A DNA stretch of 64,000 nucleotides from positions 1-64,000 of IMG/VR virus record IMGVR_UViG_3300020188_000808, one strand, 5' to 3'. Shown piece by piece: positions 7,184 to 16,429 of the stretch. The position numbers and the translations under genes were made by a program. Position 1 is the stretch's first letter. Each line of letters starts with the position of its first letter. The notes beneath the pieces were generated by a model. That model did no database searches, had not been told where the DNA came from, and saw only the letters and a program-made list of their open reading frames with translations.

Positions 7184-7214
7184 AATAGTATAAACTAAAC
7201 AAAGCGAGGGCAAT

Positions 7215-7598
7215 ATGCAAACAACAACACAAACAACAGACACAGAACTATTAGTAGACACAGCACGTAAGGCCGCTGAAGGTGCACAGGCCAAGTTCCT
7301 AGCAGAGTGGACAGCCAACACAGGTGGCAATGAGTATGGTGAGCCAATGTACTGTGGCTTTGCTTGGGTTACTATACACCCAGAGCACAAGGGCAACACT
7401 AGGTTGGGTAAGCTAGAACGTAGAGTAATAGAGAGCATGGGCTTTCGTAAGGACTGGACAGGCAAGGCTTATCAACTGTGGAACTGCACAGGCTATGCTG
7501 GTCAGAGCATGGACGTTAAAGAAGCAGGGGCACAGGCCTATGCTGAGGTACTGCGAGGTGCAGGGTTTAAAGCATACATGGGTAGCAGAGCAGACTAA
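7215..7598 (+). CDS. Hypothetical early protein
   Basis: ORF, GAGGGCA RBS. Confidence 0.85.
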   Translation: MQTTTQTTDTELLVDTARKAAEGAQAKFLAEWTANTGGNEYGEPMYCGFAWVTIHPEHKGNTRLGKLERRVIESMGFRKDWTGKAYQLWNCTGYAGQSMDVKEAGAQAYAEVLRGAGFKAYMGSRAD

Positions 7599-7609
7599 GG
7601 GAGGTCACA

Positions 7610-7729
7610 ATGTATACACTACACGTACCAGCAGGCACATATGCAGAGACTAGCCTACTACGGCTAGCAGTACTAGTCTTAGCACATAGGCTAGAGCACT
7701 TGTTCAAGGGTGAAGGCTTTAGAGATTAG
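7610..7729 (+). CDS. Small hypothetical protein (39 aa, not in ORF track)
   Basis: GGGAGGT RBS; MYTLHVPAGTYAETSLL...GEGFRD. Confidence 0.6.
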   Translation: MYTLHVPAGTYAETSLLRLAVLVLAHRLEHLFKGEGFRD

Positions 7730-7767
7730 TCCTAGCCTCTGAGGAGCGTGACACTCCATCAAGTCAC

Positions 7768-7802
7768 AGAAGGAGGATCGGAAACGGTTCTCCTTTTCTT
7801 TT
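7768..7802 (+). terminator. Intrinsic terminator ending the early region
   Basis: GGAGGATCG-GAAA-CGGTTCTCC stem followed by TTTTCTTTT. Confidence 0.8.
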
Positions 7803-7992
7803 GACCCCTGGAGGCATAAGAAAAAAATAAAAAATAATTTCGGCCGGGGGGCATATATATAATATTTTCAAACACTTACACAGCACATGCATGGTCTAAT
7901 TCCACCACCCAACTTTGAAAAGTACTTCACCTTATTTTTTTGTAATCTAATTTTTTACCCTGCAGGACCCATTTCGGAAAATAAATACATGT

Positions 7993-8178
7993 ATGCACAA
8001 GGACGTTCCCACACTAGAAGACCGTGTACTAGCTATCAAACTGCGTATAGCACAGTTCAAAGCTGAACACCCAGGGTTATACACTAGTCATACTACTGCA
8101 CACACTAGCAGTCATACGACTACTACTACTCGTACAGCTACTACTAGCATCAAGGACAAACTCAATAGCATACGCTAA
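7993..8178 (+). CDS. Small hypothetical protein, Thr-rich tail
   Basis: TAAATA 5 nt upstream of the ATG. Confidence 0.55.
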   Translation: MHKDVPTLEDRVLAIKLRIAQFKAEHPGLYTSHTTAHTSSHTTTTTRTATTSIKDKLNSIR

Positions 8179-8322
8179 GAGTGCCTCGCGTGTAGTACTA
8201 GTATAGTCGCTACACATGATTAACTCAATGTGTGTGTTGTTAAGTGTATACATAATGATACGCACACAGGTTTAAATACTACTAGTACACAGTCAGGGTA
8301 ATCTATTTAGGGGGCTAAGTCA

Positions 8323-8805
8323 ATTATCGATCCGTTCACAGCCATAGCGGCGGCTACCACTGCATTCAATACTGTTAAGAAGTTTGTACATGCAGGACAA
8401 GAACTAGAGAACACACTTGGTCAAATGGGCAAGTGGTATACTAGTGTGAGTGACTTTAGACATGCACAACAGCAGGCCAAGAACCCACCATTGTTTAAAA
8501 AACTGTTTGCCGCAGGTAGTGTAGAGGAAGAAGCACTAGCACTACTAGTACACGAAAAGAAAATAGCAGAACAAGAAAAAGAACTACAGCAGATGCTCAA
8601 CATGCGTTATGGCTGGGGCACATGGGATGAACTAGTACAGATGAGGCGTAAGATACGTGCCAAGCGAGAAGCTACTGTATACGCACAAGAACAACGTCAA
8701 CGAGCGTTTATTGAAGCTGTGACCATAGGGGCTATGATCATAGCGATGTGTGTTGTCATCGGCGGTATTGTATACGCTGTGGGTCTAGGGCAAGGACGCT
8801 GGTAA
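8323..8805 (+). CDS. Hypothetical membrane protein; probable ATT start
   Basis: Frame is open 34 codons upstream of the ATG at 8425 (IIDPFTAIAAATTAF...); AGGGGG before ATT at 8323; C-terminal TM helix. Confidence 0.75.
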   Translation: MIDPFTAIAAATTAFNTVKKFVHAGQELENTLGQMGKWYTSVSDFRHAQQQAKNPPLFKKLFAAGSVEEEALALLVHEKKIAEQEKELQQMLNMRYGWGTWDELVQMRRKIRAKREATVYAQEQRQRAFIEAVTIGAMIIAMCVVIGGIVYAVGLGQGRW

Positions 8806-9027
8806 ATGCTACATGCGTTCATGTTGATGGTGCTCATAGCTGATCAACCACAACCAAATCCAATGTATTTTCGTAGCATAGATGTATGCCAATACTATGC
8901 GGCACGTGTACCACGTCAATACGGCAATTATGGTAGCAAACACCTAGTACCTGCAGAGCATAGAATAACTGCTTACTGCAAGCCTGTGTACATTAATAGC
9001 AACACTAAGACCCTATACGATCACTAG
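8806..9027 (+). CDS. Hypothetical protein
   Basis: ORF abutting the previous stop; hydrophobic N-terminus. Confidence 0.75.
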   Translation: MLHAFMLMVLIADQPQPNPMYFRSIDVCQYYAARVPRQYGNYGSKHLVPAEHRITAYCKPVYINSNTKTLYDH

Positions 9028-9275
9028 GTTTAAACGCATTTAAACAGCGTTATACGCTTGTTTCCACGTCTGAGCAGTATGTGTACCCTAAAACACCTTA
9101 AGTGCAAAATAAGAGCCATTTAGGCTGGATTTAGGCACACTACAGACACCGTAAATGCATGGTAAAAAACACCCACGAAAGAGGTTTACATTGTGATTTA
9201 AGAGGTGGATAAAATTTTGCGTACTGCACTTCGTGCTCTAAAATTACCGCGATCGCCTAAAGGCTCTAAATGGCT

Positions 9276-9734
9276 TTACCGCTTCGCGGCTTTGTCTGCA
9301 CATGCAAACCAATGTGCAAGTTCTGGATGCTTGTCCTGGTTGGGTATTAGTTGTGTGGGCAATGGCGCATCTCCCAAACTGTTGAGCATGTCCTTGTAGA
9401 CCTGTGCATGATCACGCCATTCAGGATTGTTGGCTATCCAAAATATCACCCTGTCCAAGTATACGTCATAGTCTGGTGTTAGACTGTTTGGGGGAAGTGT
9501 TTGATCTTGTGTGTGACTCAGCTCTACAACTACACCGTAGTGTTCTTTGAGTTCGTCTATCCACTGTAGCTGATCCAAACTAGCTGTAACTGTTAGAGCA
9601 CTATGTACAAACTCAATGCGTACAGGATGTCCGTTGGTCTTTGTGGCTTCTTGAAAGTGCCATTCAACTTCTTGTTCTATGTCAGGCCATTCACTGCCAT
9701 AGTGTTTGAATCCATGTCCTTGTAGTCTAAGCAT
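9276..9734 (-). CDS. Hypothetical protein
   Basis: Start reassigned to the ATG 5 nt after TAAATA (9740-9745). Confidence 0.7.
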   Translation of the reverse strand: MLRLQGHGFKHYGSEWPDIEQEVEWHFQEATKTNGHPVRIEFVHSALTVTASLDQLQWIDELKEHYGVVVELSHTQDQTLPPNSLTPDYDVYLDRVIFWIANNPEWRDHAQVYKDMLNSLGDAPLPTQLIPNQDKHPELAHWFACADKAAKR

Positions 9735-9800
9735 ACTAGTATTTAAACTTCGTGGCAAAAACACCAAGTACTTGTGAAATTTTTTTTGATCAATTTTTTT

Positions 9801-10511
9801 TTACTCTACAATGGGAGTTTGGGTAAAATCGTATACTGGCACATACCAATGAGCATCATTAAAGAATTTTCCCTTGATGCGTAGTTCCATGCGTTTTTTA
9901 CTTTTTAGTACATAAATTTTAGCATGTGTTGGATCTGCAATGTTTAGAATATTCATTGTGGTTCCACTAGGATTAAAACAGCATTGTGTGCTATCGTAGT
10001 TGGGCATAGTACCTGCATCTATTCGAAACATAACCAACCTAATATTTAAATCTTTATTGTGCCGCCAAAACACACTAATGTAATAGTTGTCTTTGTCAAA
10101 CACTTTTTTAATCCACGGGTCCACAGTACTGTTCCAAAGTTCTTGACTATTTTCTTTTTGAAAGTTTTCATCAATTCGAAATTCAGTTTTTAAACTTTGT
10201 TTAATACTTGCTTCACTGCTGGTTCCAGTCCATGATCCACTAAGTCCTTTTACATCATAATGCACATGGTCGTGTACACGAACGTCTTCAGGATTGTTTC
10301 CATGACCTACCCACTTACCACCTTTCCATTCTAGTGCATCTGCAAGAGCATACTCCCATGCTTCTTTTGCAATTTGAAAAGGGCGACCCTTTTCTAGATC
10401 TTTGCGATTAGGACCAATTCTACTTTCTAATTCAATTTGTAAATTATCCAAAGTAGTTTGTTCTAGTAGGTCACGGATTTCATCCGCAGTCATAGGGATC
10501 ATTGAATACAT
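9801..10511 (-). CDS. Putative PD-(D/E)xK restriction-like endonuclease
   Basis: Pattern KEAWE...PEDV...YDVKGL resembles the type II REase catalytic motif. Confidence 0.45.
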   Translation of the reverse strand: MYSMIPMTADEIRDLLEQTTLDNLQIELESRIGPNRKDLEKGRPFQIAKEAWEYALADALEWKGGKWVGHGNNPEDVRVHDHVHYDVKGLSGSWTGTSSEASIKQSLKTEFRIDENFQKENSQELWNSTVDPWIKKVFDKDNYYISVFWRHNKDLNIRLVMFRIDAGTMPNYDSTQCCFNPSGTTMNILNIADPTHAKIYVLKSKKRMELRIKGKFFNDAHWYVPVYDFTQTPIVE

Positions 10512-10516
10512 TTAAA

Positions 10517-10861
10517 TTAGATCTTTCGTGTGCCGTCAAATACGCACACAAAGTACAAGCCATAGTCGCCTGTGTTGTGTACTCTATGAAAGTAACCATC
10601 TTGAATTAGTACCACGCTTCCAGGACCAACAGTCTCTAGTGTGCGTTCTCCGTTGGTTGAAATCAATTCCATTTCACCTACACCTTCTACAAAGTAGTAT
10701 ACTTCTTCTTGTCCTACGTGTGCATGTCCTGTAGTACTCTTACCTGCTGTAAGAAACGTACTGCTCAATGCTAGGTTACGTAGACTTGTATTGTCTTTGA
10801 CTATGTAGCGATCGTCTTCTTTTACAATTTCACCACCGATGTCTTTGATATGTACTTGCAT
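10517..10861 (-). CDS. Cupin-domain protein
   Basis: GHAH..QEEVYYFVEG and FHRVHN cupin motifs. Confidence 0.85.
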   Translation of the reverse strand: MQVHIKDIGGEIVKEDDRYIVKDNTSLRNLALSSTFLTAGKSTTGHAHVGQEEVYYFVEGVGEMELISTNGERTLETVGPGSVVLIQDGYFHRVHNTGDYGLYFVCVFDGTRKI

Positions 10862-10862
10862 A

Positions 10863-11627
10863 TTAACTCCCGTATAGCTGTTTGTTTAGTTCTACTAGTT
10901 TAGGTCCAATTTGTTTGTGTGTGTCTTTGTCATCGCTGTGTAGCTGATGTATTTTGAATCCGTCAGTTAGATCCAAATCATTTCCTGTGAGTATGCTGTT
11001 GACACACTTGTCTGATAGCGAGTCATGGTTGTCACGAATCATATGATTGTAGCGAGTGTCAATGCCTCGTCGGTACCATAAGTCTCTTTGTTCTAGTGTA
11101 ACGAATTCATTGTTGCTTAGTGTATTGGTCATATCACCGTGTACTCTAACCAATCCTTTAAAGTCAATGGGCATTTCAAAACCCGGTATCAACAACAGAC
11201 TACAACCTACAGTTGTTTGTACACCCTTTAACCATGCTACCTGTGTTTCAAATCTAAACTGATCAATGTCGTTGCGTTGTAGATTTACAGCATAACCTTG
11301 TACACTATCAATTACATCTTGATCGATGTGTTCTTTTGCGGCCATCTGTGACCAGTTGCCGATCATATAGTTTGATAGTTCTGGAAAGTCTTTGATGAAC
11401 CAATGACGATATAAACTTGTAGTAACTACTACAACTACATCATTGGCAGTTAGTGTTGGAATACATTCACGTAGCTTCATTAGTATCCAGTCATTGCTGG
11501 TACCTACCATACTGTGATTGACTAATCCGTCCACATGCAGTTTCTCTGCAAGTTGTCTTGTCCAAGTCCAATCTGTTTCGTAGTCTACTGTAAAGCTGTC
11601 GCCAAAGAAATAAATCTTTCTACTCAT
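10863..11627 (-). CDS. SGNH-hydrolase-like hypothetical protein
   Basis: N-terminal FFGDSF, GTSN, late NH. Confidence 0.55.
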   Translation of the reverse strand: MSRKIYFFGDSFTVDYETDWTWTRQLAEKLHVDGLVNHSMVGTSNDWILMKLRECIPTLTANDVVVVVTTSLYRHWFIKDFPELSNYMIGNWSQMAAKEHIDQDVIDSVQGYAVNLQRNDIDQFRFETQVAWLKGVQTTVGCSLLLIPGFEMPIDFKGLVRVHGDMTNTLSNNEFVTLEQRDLWYRRGIDTRYNHMIRDNHDSLSDKCVNSILTGNDLDLTDGFKIHQLHSDDKDTHKQIGPKLVELNKQLYGS

Positions 11628-13059
11628 CGTCATCACCTAGATTAGCAAGGAAGCTTCTAAGTTTAGTACTGTCTGTTTGTGCTCTTACTTTGCCTATTGG
11701 AGCACCTTCGTTGGGTTCTTTTGGTGTGTCTGGTTCTTTGTCTGTGGTAACATTAGTGTTACGTTTTAGACTGTCCATAATACTACTCTGCGGAGCCGCA
11801 CCATAACCACTGCCGTCATCATCCTCATCTAAGTTTCTAATACGCAAACAATCAATGTCAAACTCTAGATCAATCTTTGCACCTACACCACTTGATGAAC
11901 GTGTCTTCATTAGCTGTATTTGATATCTACCACGTTCACGCATAGCTCTACTTGTAAAGATACCAATCACGTTATCAGCAGTTTGAATCTTACTAAGTCC
12001 ACCACTGATGTGACTGTGATCAAATTCAATTTCTTCTACACTTGATCTATTCAACTGCGATGCTGTAACAAAAATACAACCCAGTTCCATTGCCAAGTTA
12101 CGTAGTTCTTCACTTACATATTTGTCTTTAACATACAAGTTCTCTGCACTAATCTTTTGTCCTATTGGCATAAGCAAATCCAAATAGTCAATCAATAGTA
12201 CGTCTACTTTGCGTCCTGTTTTAACTTCATACTCTTTGATATAACTTCTTACATCATTGGTTGTCTTACCACTTGGCATATACTTGACTTGTAATGCACC
12301 TGATTTCTTGCCCATCATCTTGACTTTCATTTCAACACCGTCAAGATCTTTAAATATTTCTCTGCTAGGTATCTCAGTCATCATACTGTCAATACGCATA
12401 CTTACTAGTGCTTCACTAAGTTCTAAACTTAGATACACAACATTCATACCTTGTGTTGCCCAGTTAACTCCTAGGTTAGCCAAGAACAAACTCTTACCTG
12501 CACCTGATCCACCTGCAAATATATTAAGCTCGCCTTTGTTAAAGCCACCAAACAGTTTCTTGTCTAGTGCTTCCCAGCCTGTGCTTACTTGTCCGTTGTT
12601 GTCTTTTAGTCCTAGCAGTCTACCTTTAGGATCTTTAAAGTAGTCAATACCTAAGTCTTTTTGTAATCCAATCTGTACTGCTTCTTTGACTAGACTCTCG
12701 CACTGACCATACTCACCTTTTTCAATCAAGTCAGCACTTGTTAAAATTGCTTTCTCTAATGCTTTGTGCCTACTAAATGTTTCAAAGTCATTCAATAACC
12801 AATCATAGTGTTGTTCATTAAGTCCTGTTGGAATTTTTAAATTAGTACCTGGACATGCACTATTAACAATTTGTTCTGTAGGAAGTGTGTTGTGTTCTGC
12901 AACAAAGTCTCTAATAAATGTAGCACCTGCTTGTAGATTACGGTCAAAACTTTCTGGATCAAAGATACCCTGACAACGCACAAATGTTTGTGCATCGCTT
13001 AACATAATTTCTAAATATGTTTTTTGGATATCAAATCCGTAATCAGTATTTTGTTTCAC
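11620..13059 (-). CDS. Replicative DnaB-like helicase (T4 gp41-like)
   Basis: GSGAGKS, LSLEL, IDYLDL, TASQLNRS, MKTRSS. Confidence 0.93.
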   Translation of the reverse strand: MKQNTDYGFDIQKTYLEIMLSDAQTFVRCQGIFDPESFDRNLQAGATFIRDFVAEHNTLPTEQIVNSACPGTNLKIPTGLNEQHYDWLLNDFETFSRHKALEKAILTSADLIEKGEYGQCESLVKEAVQIGLQKDLGIDYFKDPKGRLLGLKDNNGQVSTGWEALDKKLFGGFNKGELNIFAGGSGAGKSLFLANLGVNWATQGMNVVYLSLELSEALVSMRIDSMMTEIPSREIFKDLDGVEMKVKMMGKKSGALQVKYMPSGKTTNDVRSYIKEYEVKTGRKVDVLLIDYLDLLMPIGQKISAENLYVKDKYVSEELRNLAMELGCIFVTASQLNRSSVEEIEFDHSHISGGLSKIQTADNVIGIFTSRAMRERGRYQIQLMKTRSSSGVGAKIDLEFDIDCLRIRNLDEDDDGSGYGAAPQSSIMDSLKRNTNVTTDKEPDTPKEPNEGAPIGKVRAQTDSTKLRSFLANLGDDDE

Positions 13060-13074
13060 GCAGTTATTCCTTTG

Positions 13075-14085
13075 TTATGCTTTACTATTATACCACATTG
13101 TTGGATCAAAGTCAATCGTTCGTTTCTCCAATGCAAGTACTGCACCAATACAACTTCCAGGATCACCTGGGTTTGGCGGTACGTAAATTGAATTCCAATC
13201 TTGTTTGATTCTATTTACTGCATCTCTATTTAATGCACATCCGCCTGTGAGAATTAAATTTCGACTTTGAAGATTATTTTTACACCAAGTACTTTGACTT
13301 TTAATAATCAATTCAAATACAAACTGTGTTGCATTAGCAAGTCTTTTCATATCATATTCAGTGGTTAGGTCTGACTTGTACCAACTAGCACCACGGTGTA
13401 GATTGTGTTTAAACTTGACACCTGGTACACTACCATCTAATGGTCCATCAATGAATGTATCAACCATGTGATTGATCAATTCTAAATTTTCTGACGTAGC
13501 AATGTCATTACCCATTTGTGATACTAGATACTCATCTCTGTTTGCTACAAGGCCCATACGTTGTGTCATTGCACTATAGAACAATCCAATGCTGTGTGGA
13601 TATCCTTGACTGTAAACTTTTTTAAGTTTACGATTCTTATCACCATGCCAAATAGTAAATGTTTCAAACTCACCAATAGAGTCTAAACACATTACAACTG
13701 CATTCGGTTCTGCTTGTGTGTAGAATCCATATGCGGCATGACTAGTATGATGTTTAGCAAACCTAACAGGGCATTTGATGTCCCATTGTTTTAGATAGTT
13801 TGTGATATTGTTTTCCATAAGCACTTCACGTACTGTGCCTTGTCCTGCTCGCCATTGTCTAAATGATTTAAGGTATGGTAGTTCGTACCAAACAACTTTG
13901 TCTGGCTCGCCGTATAGTTTACGTGCCATTGCAATTTGTTCGTCACTGTGTTTAGGATCTCCTGGTACGTCACTAAAGTCTTTTGCAAGACTAGCCCACA
14001 GACATTGTAGATCGTCAAACGGTCCTTTCTCAAAGACTGCTAAACTAGCATCGTGACTGTTACCAACCATACCCCAAATAATCAT
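13075..14085 (-). CDS. Carbamoyltransferase (NodU/CmcH family), N-terminal Kae1-like domain only
   Basis: SHDASLA, HHTSHAA, DSIGEFET, GGCALN, NPGDPGS. Confidence 0.85.
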   Translation of the reverse strand: MIIWGMVGNSHDASLAVFEKGPFDDLQCLWASLAKDFSDVPGDPKHSDEQIAMARKLYGEPDKVVWYELPYLKSFRQWRAGQGTVREVLMENNITNYLKQWDIKCPVRFAKHHTSHAAYGFYTQAEPNAVVMCLDSIGEFETFTIWHGDKNRKLKKVYSQGYPHSIGLFYSAMTQRMGLVANRDEYLVSQMGNDIATSENLELINHMVDTFIDGPLDGSVPGVKFKHNLHRGASWYKSDLTTEYDMKRLANATQFVFELIIKSQSTWCKNNLQSRNLILTGGCALNRDAVNRIKQDWNSIYVPPNPGDPGSCIGAVLALEKRTIDFDPTMWYNSKA

Positions 14086-14670
14086 TTATCTTTTCTCCGA
14101 GATCTTATCTGCAAGTCCGTATGCAACTGCTTCTTCGGCACTCATAAAGTAATCACGATCCATGTCTTTCATAAAGTCTTCTCGTGTCTTGCCTGCTGAG
14201 TTGTGCTTAACATACAAGTCAGTTAGATTCTCTTTTAGGTATTGAATCTCTTTGTAACGTATTTCAATATCACTTGCCATACCCGAAGCACCGCCGCTTG
14301 GCTGATGAATCATTGTACGTGCATTTGGTAATAGGATACGCTTACCTGGTGTGCCTGCTTGTGCAAGGAATGATCCCATGCTACATGCTTGTCCTAATAC
14401 TATTGTGCTAACATCACTTTTAATATATTGCATAGTATCATAGATAGCCATGCCACTAGTAATAACACCGCCTGGGCTGTTAATATAAAAGTTAATTGTT
14501 TTTTCTGGTGCTTGACTTTCTAAGAAAAGCATTTGTGCTACTACAACGTTTGCACTATGATCGTCTACTGGACCATTTAACATTACAATTCTATCTTTTA
14601 GTAGTCGACTGTAAATGTCATATGCTCTTTCGCCTTTGCTTGTAGATTCTACTACCATTGGTACTAACAT
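14086..14670 (-). CDS. clpP: ATP-dependent Clp protease proteolytic subunit
   Basis: [35 protein letters not shown]. Confidence 0.97.
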   Translation of the reverse strand: MLVPMVVESTSKGERAYDIYSRLLKDRIVMLNGPVDDHSANVVVAQMLFLESQAPEKTINFYINSPGGVITSGMAIYDTMQYIKSDVSTIVLGQACSMGSFLAQAGTPGKRILLPNARTMIHQPSGGASGMASDIEIRYKEIQYLKENLTDLYVKHNSAGKTREDFMKDMDRDYFMSAEEAVAYGLADKISEKR

Positions 14671-15336
14671 CTATTCTTCTCCTTGGTTATGATTTGGCTC
14701 AACGTTCCATACGTTAAAGCTCATGCTTATTCGTTCAACATCGCTTTTAAATGGATACACACTATGCTTTAGTCCTGCATTAAACAATAGTATGTCTCCG
14801 GTCTTTGGTATTACTTTATGTGTTCCGTTAACGCCTAACACGTCAGAACCATAAAAGAATTCTAATTGCCCTGGGCAACGCATATTACTTCTTAAATTAT
14901 CATTTGCTTCTTCTGCAATTACTTCTGGCACATCAATATATAATATTGCACTAATCATTCCTGAGTGACTGTGCATAGGATTAAATTCATTTGCCTTTTG
15001 AAAGTTAATCCACGGTCCAGTGTTTAAATTAAAATTCATACTTGCAAAGTCAGGTGTTTCAGTTGATGGGTTAATCATATGTGTTTGTCTATGATCCCAA
15101 TCTGTTTGCATGTATGTAGCTAAATGCTTACTTACTAACTTCATAAACTCCTGTTGTTGATCAGGATCCATAATTGCTTGTAGTTGGTCATCAATGTTAC
15201 CTGCTAGATCACTGCCCACGTTTTCTTTTACATCACGTGTCCACGTTGCACACTTATGTAGCAATGTCATTAGTTCGCTACTCATAGTGCTACGATAGAT
15301 AGTAGGACCAAAAGGTCTAATTAATTCATAATCCAT
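14671..15336 (-). CDS. 2OG-Fe(II) oxygenase-like protein
   Basis: NPMHSH, LKHSVYPF, RISMSFN. Confidence 0.75.
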   Translation of the reverse strand: MDYELIRPFGPTIYRSTMSSELMTLLHKCATWTRDVKENVGSDLAGNIDDQLQAIMDPDQQQEFMKLVSKHLATYMQTDWDHRQTHMINPSTETPDFASMNFNLNTGPWINFQKANEFNPMHSHSGMISAILYIDVPEVIAEEANDNLRSNMRCPGQLEFFYGSDVLGVNGTHKVIPKTGDILLFNAGLKHSVYPFKSDVERISMSFNVWNVEPNHNQGEE

Positions 15337-15458
15337 TATTTGTAAATGAAAGGATCTTTCTTTTGAAGTTCCTTAATCCTCTGTTTAAATTTTCTATTCT
15401 TCTGCCATTTCTTGTACCATCTAATTGGAGATAGTAACTTGTCTTTTAACCAAACCAT
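15336..15458 (-). CDS. Small basic protein (40 aa, not in ORF track)
   Basis: MVWLKDK...KELQKKDPFIYK; fills the gap between primase and oxygenase; TAATG coupling. Confidence 0.6.
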   Translation of the reverse strand: MVWLKDKLLSPIRWYKKWQKNRKFKQRIKELQKKDPFIYK

Positions 15459-16429
15459 TTTTTACTCCTAAGTTTAATCTTTAATGATGAGCTTTCTGAA
15501 TGTGTTACAATTTGATGTAGTGTATATATTCTTCCATACTTTGTAATTGCATCGTTCACATCATTAATGTCTTGATCCCAGTCCGGCATACTAACACTCC
15601 AACCAAATTCTATTGCTTGATCAATTAGTTTATGTCCTGCTTCATCTCTATCTGGAACTAGTATTACTTGCTTATTTAACGACTTGATGAGTAGGTGCTG
15701 TTGATCTTTGACTTCGCTACCTAGTAGTGCTAGTCCTTCTATGCCAATAGCATCCATAGGTCCTTCAACTACAATAACAAACTGTCTACGATAGTCTTGT
15801 TGATCCATATTAAACACATAACCAGGCTGTTGCTCACTCATATATTTTGGAGCACCATCAGTAACTTTCCTTGCTGTGTATCCTACTATTTGATTGTTAA
15901 AATAAAACGGAACTATTAATCTATCTCTGTATCCAATCTTAGGTGTCCAATGAAAGTTGTAGTCTTCTAAGTACAACTGTCTTGACTTCATATACTCTAA
16001 TACTTTAATTAAATGAGCGTCAGTAGTATCAGTATATTCGCTTATTGGCTTTGCACCTTCTGGCAGTTCTACTGTCTTAAACTCTGGCATACGTGTTATT
16101 GCTTGTAGAGCTTCGTCGGATTCAAATTGTAATACTGCTAGGGATAGTTTATTAATAGCATCATCGCTAACGTTAATCCATTGCAAGAACTTTTTCATCT
16201 TGTAGGTAATACGTCTACCTTTATTCCAACTTGCTGTGTAGCCACAATTGAAACAATGATAGCTTACACCTTCTTCTGCATTTTGGATTAGTCCACCACG
16301 TTGTCTAGTATCAGCACCTGTACCATTGTGTACGCAACAAGGAGCATTGAAGCTGGTCCAACCACTTGGTGTAGTTTTACGCTTCGCAGGCAAGTGTGCT
16401 AATATAGTTTCGTGTACGATTCCGCTCAT
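15446..16429 (-). CDS. DNA primase (gp61-like)
   Basis: Zn motif CCVH...HCFNC; TOPRIM VVEGPMD, PDRDEAG. Confidence 0.9.
   Translation of the reverse strand: MSGIVHETILAHLPAKRKTTPSGWTSFNAPCCVHNGTGADTRQRGGLIQNAEEGVSYHCFNCGYTASWNKGRRITYKMKKFLQWINVSDDAINKLSLAVLQFESDEALQAITRMPEFKTVELPEGAKPISEYTDTTDAHLIKVLEYMKSRQLYLEDYNFHWTPKIGYRDRLIVPFYFNNQIVGYTARKVTDGAPKYMSEQQPGYVFNMDQQDYRRQFVIVVEGPMDAIGIEGLALLGSEVKDQQHLLIKSLNKQVILVPDRDEAGHKLIDQAIEFGWSVSMPDWDQDINDVNDAITKYGRIYTLHQIVTHSESSSLKIKLRSKKWFG

Noticed and set aside
421-7212. Recurring sequences as a CRISPR array
   Set aside because: They are degenerate promoters and leaders separated by genes; no fixed repeat-spacer period and no cas genes
7743-7767. 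SAM/SAH riboswitch-like GTGAC/GTCAC pairing
   Set aside because: Order and loop sequence do not fit that family, and it lies at a 3' end
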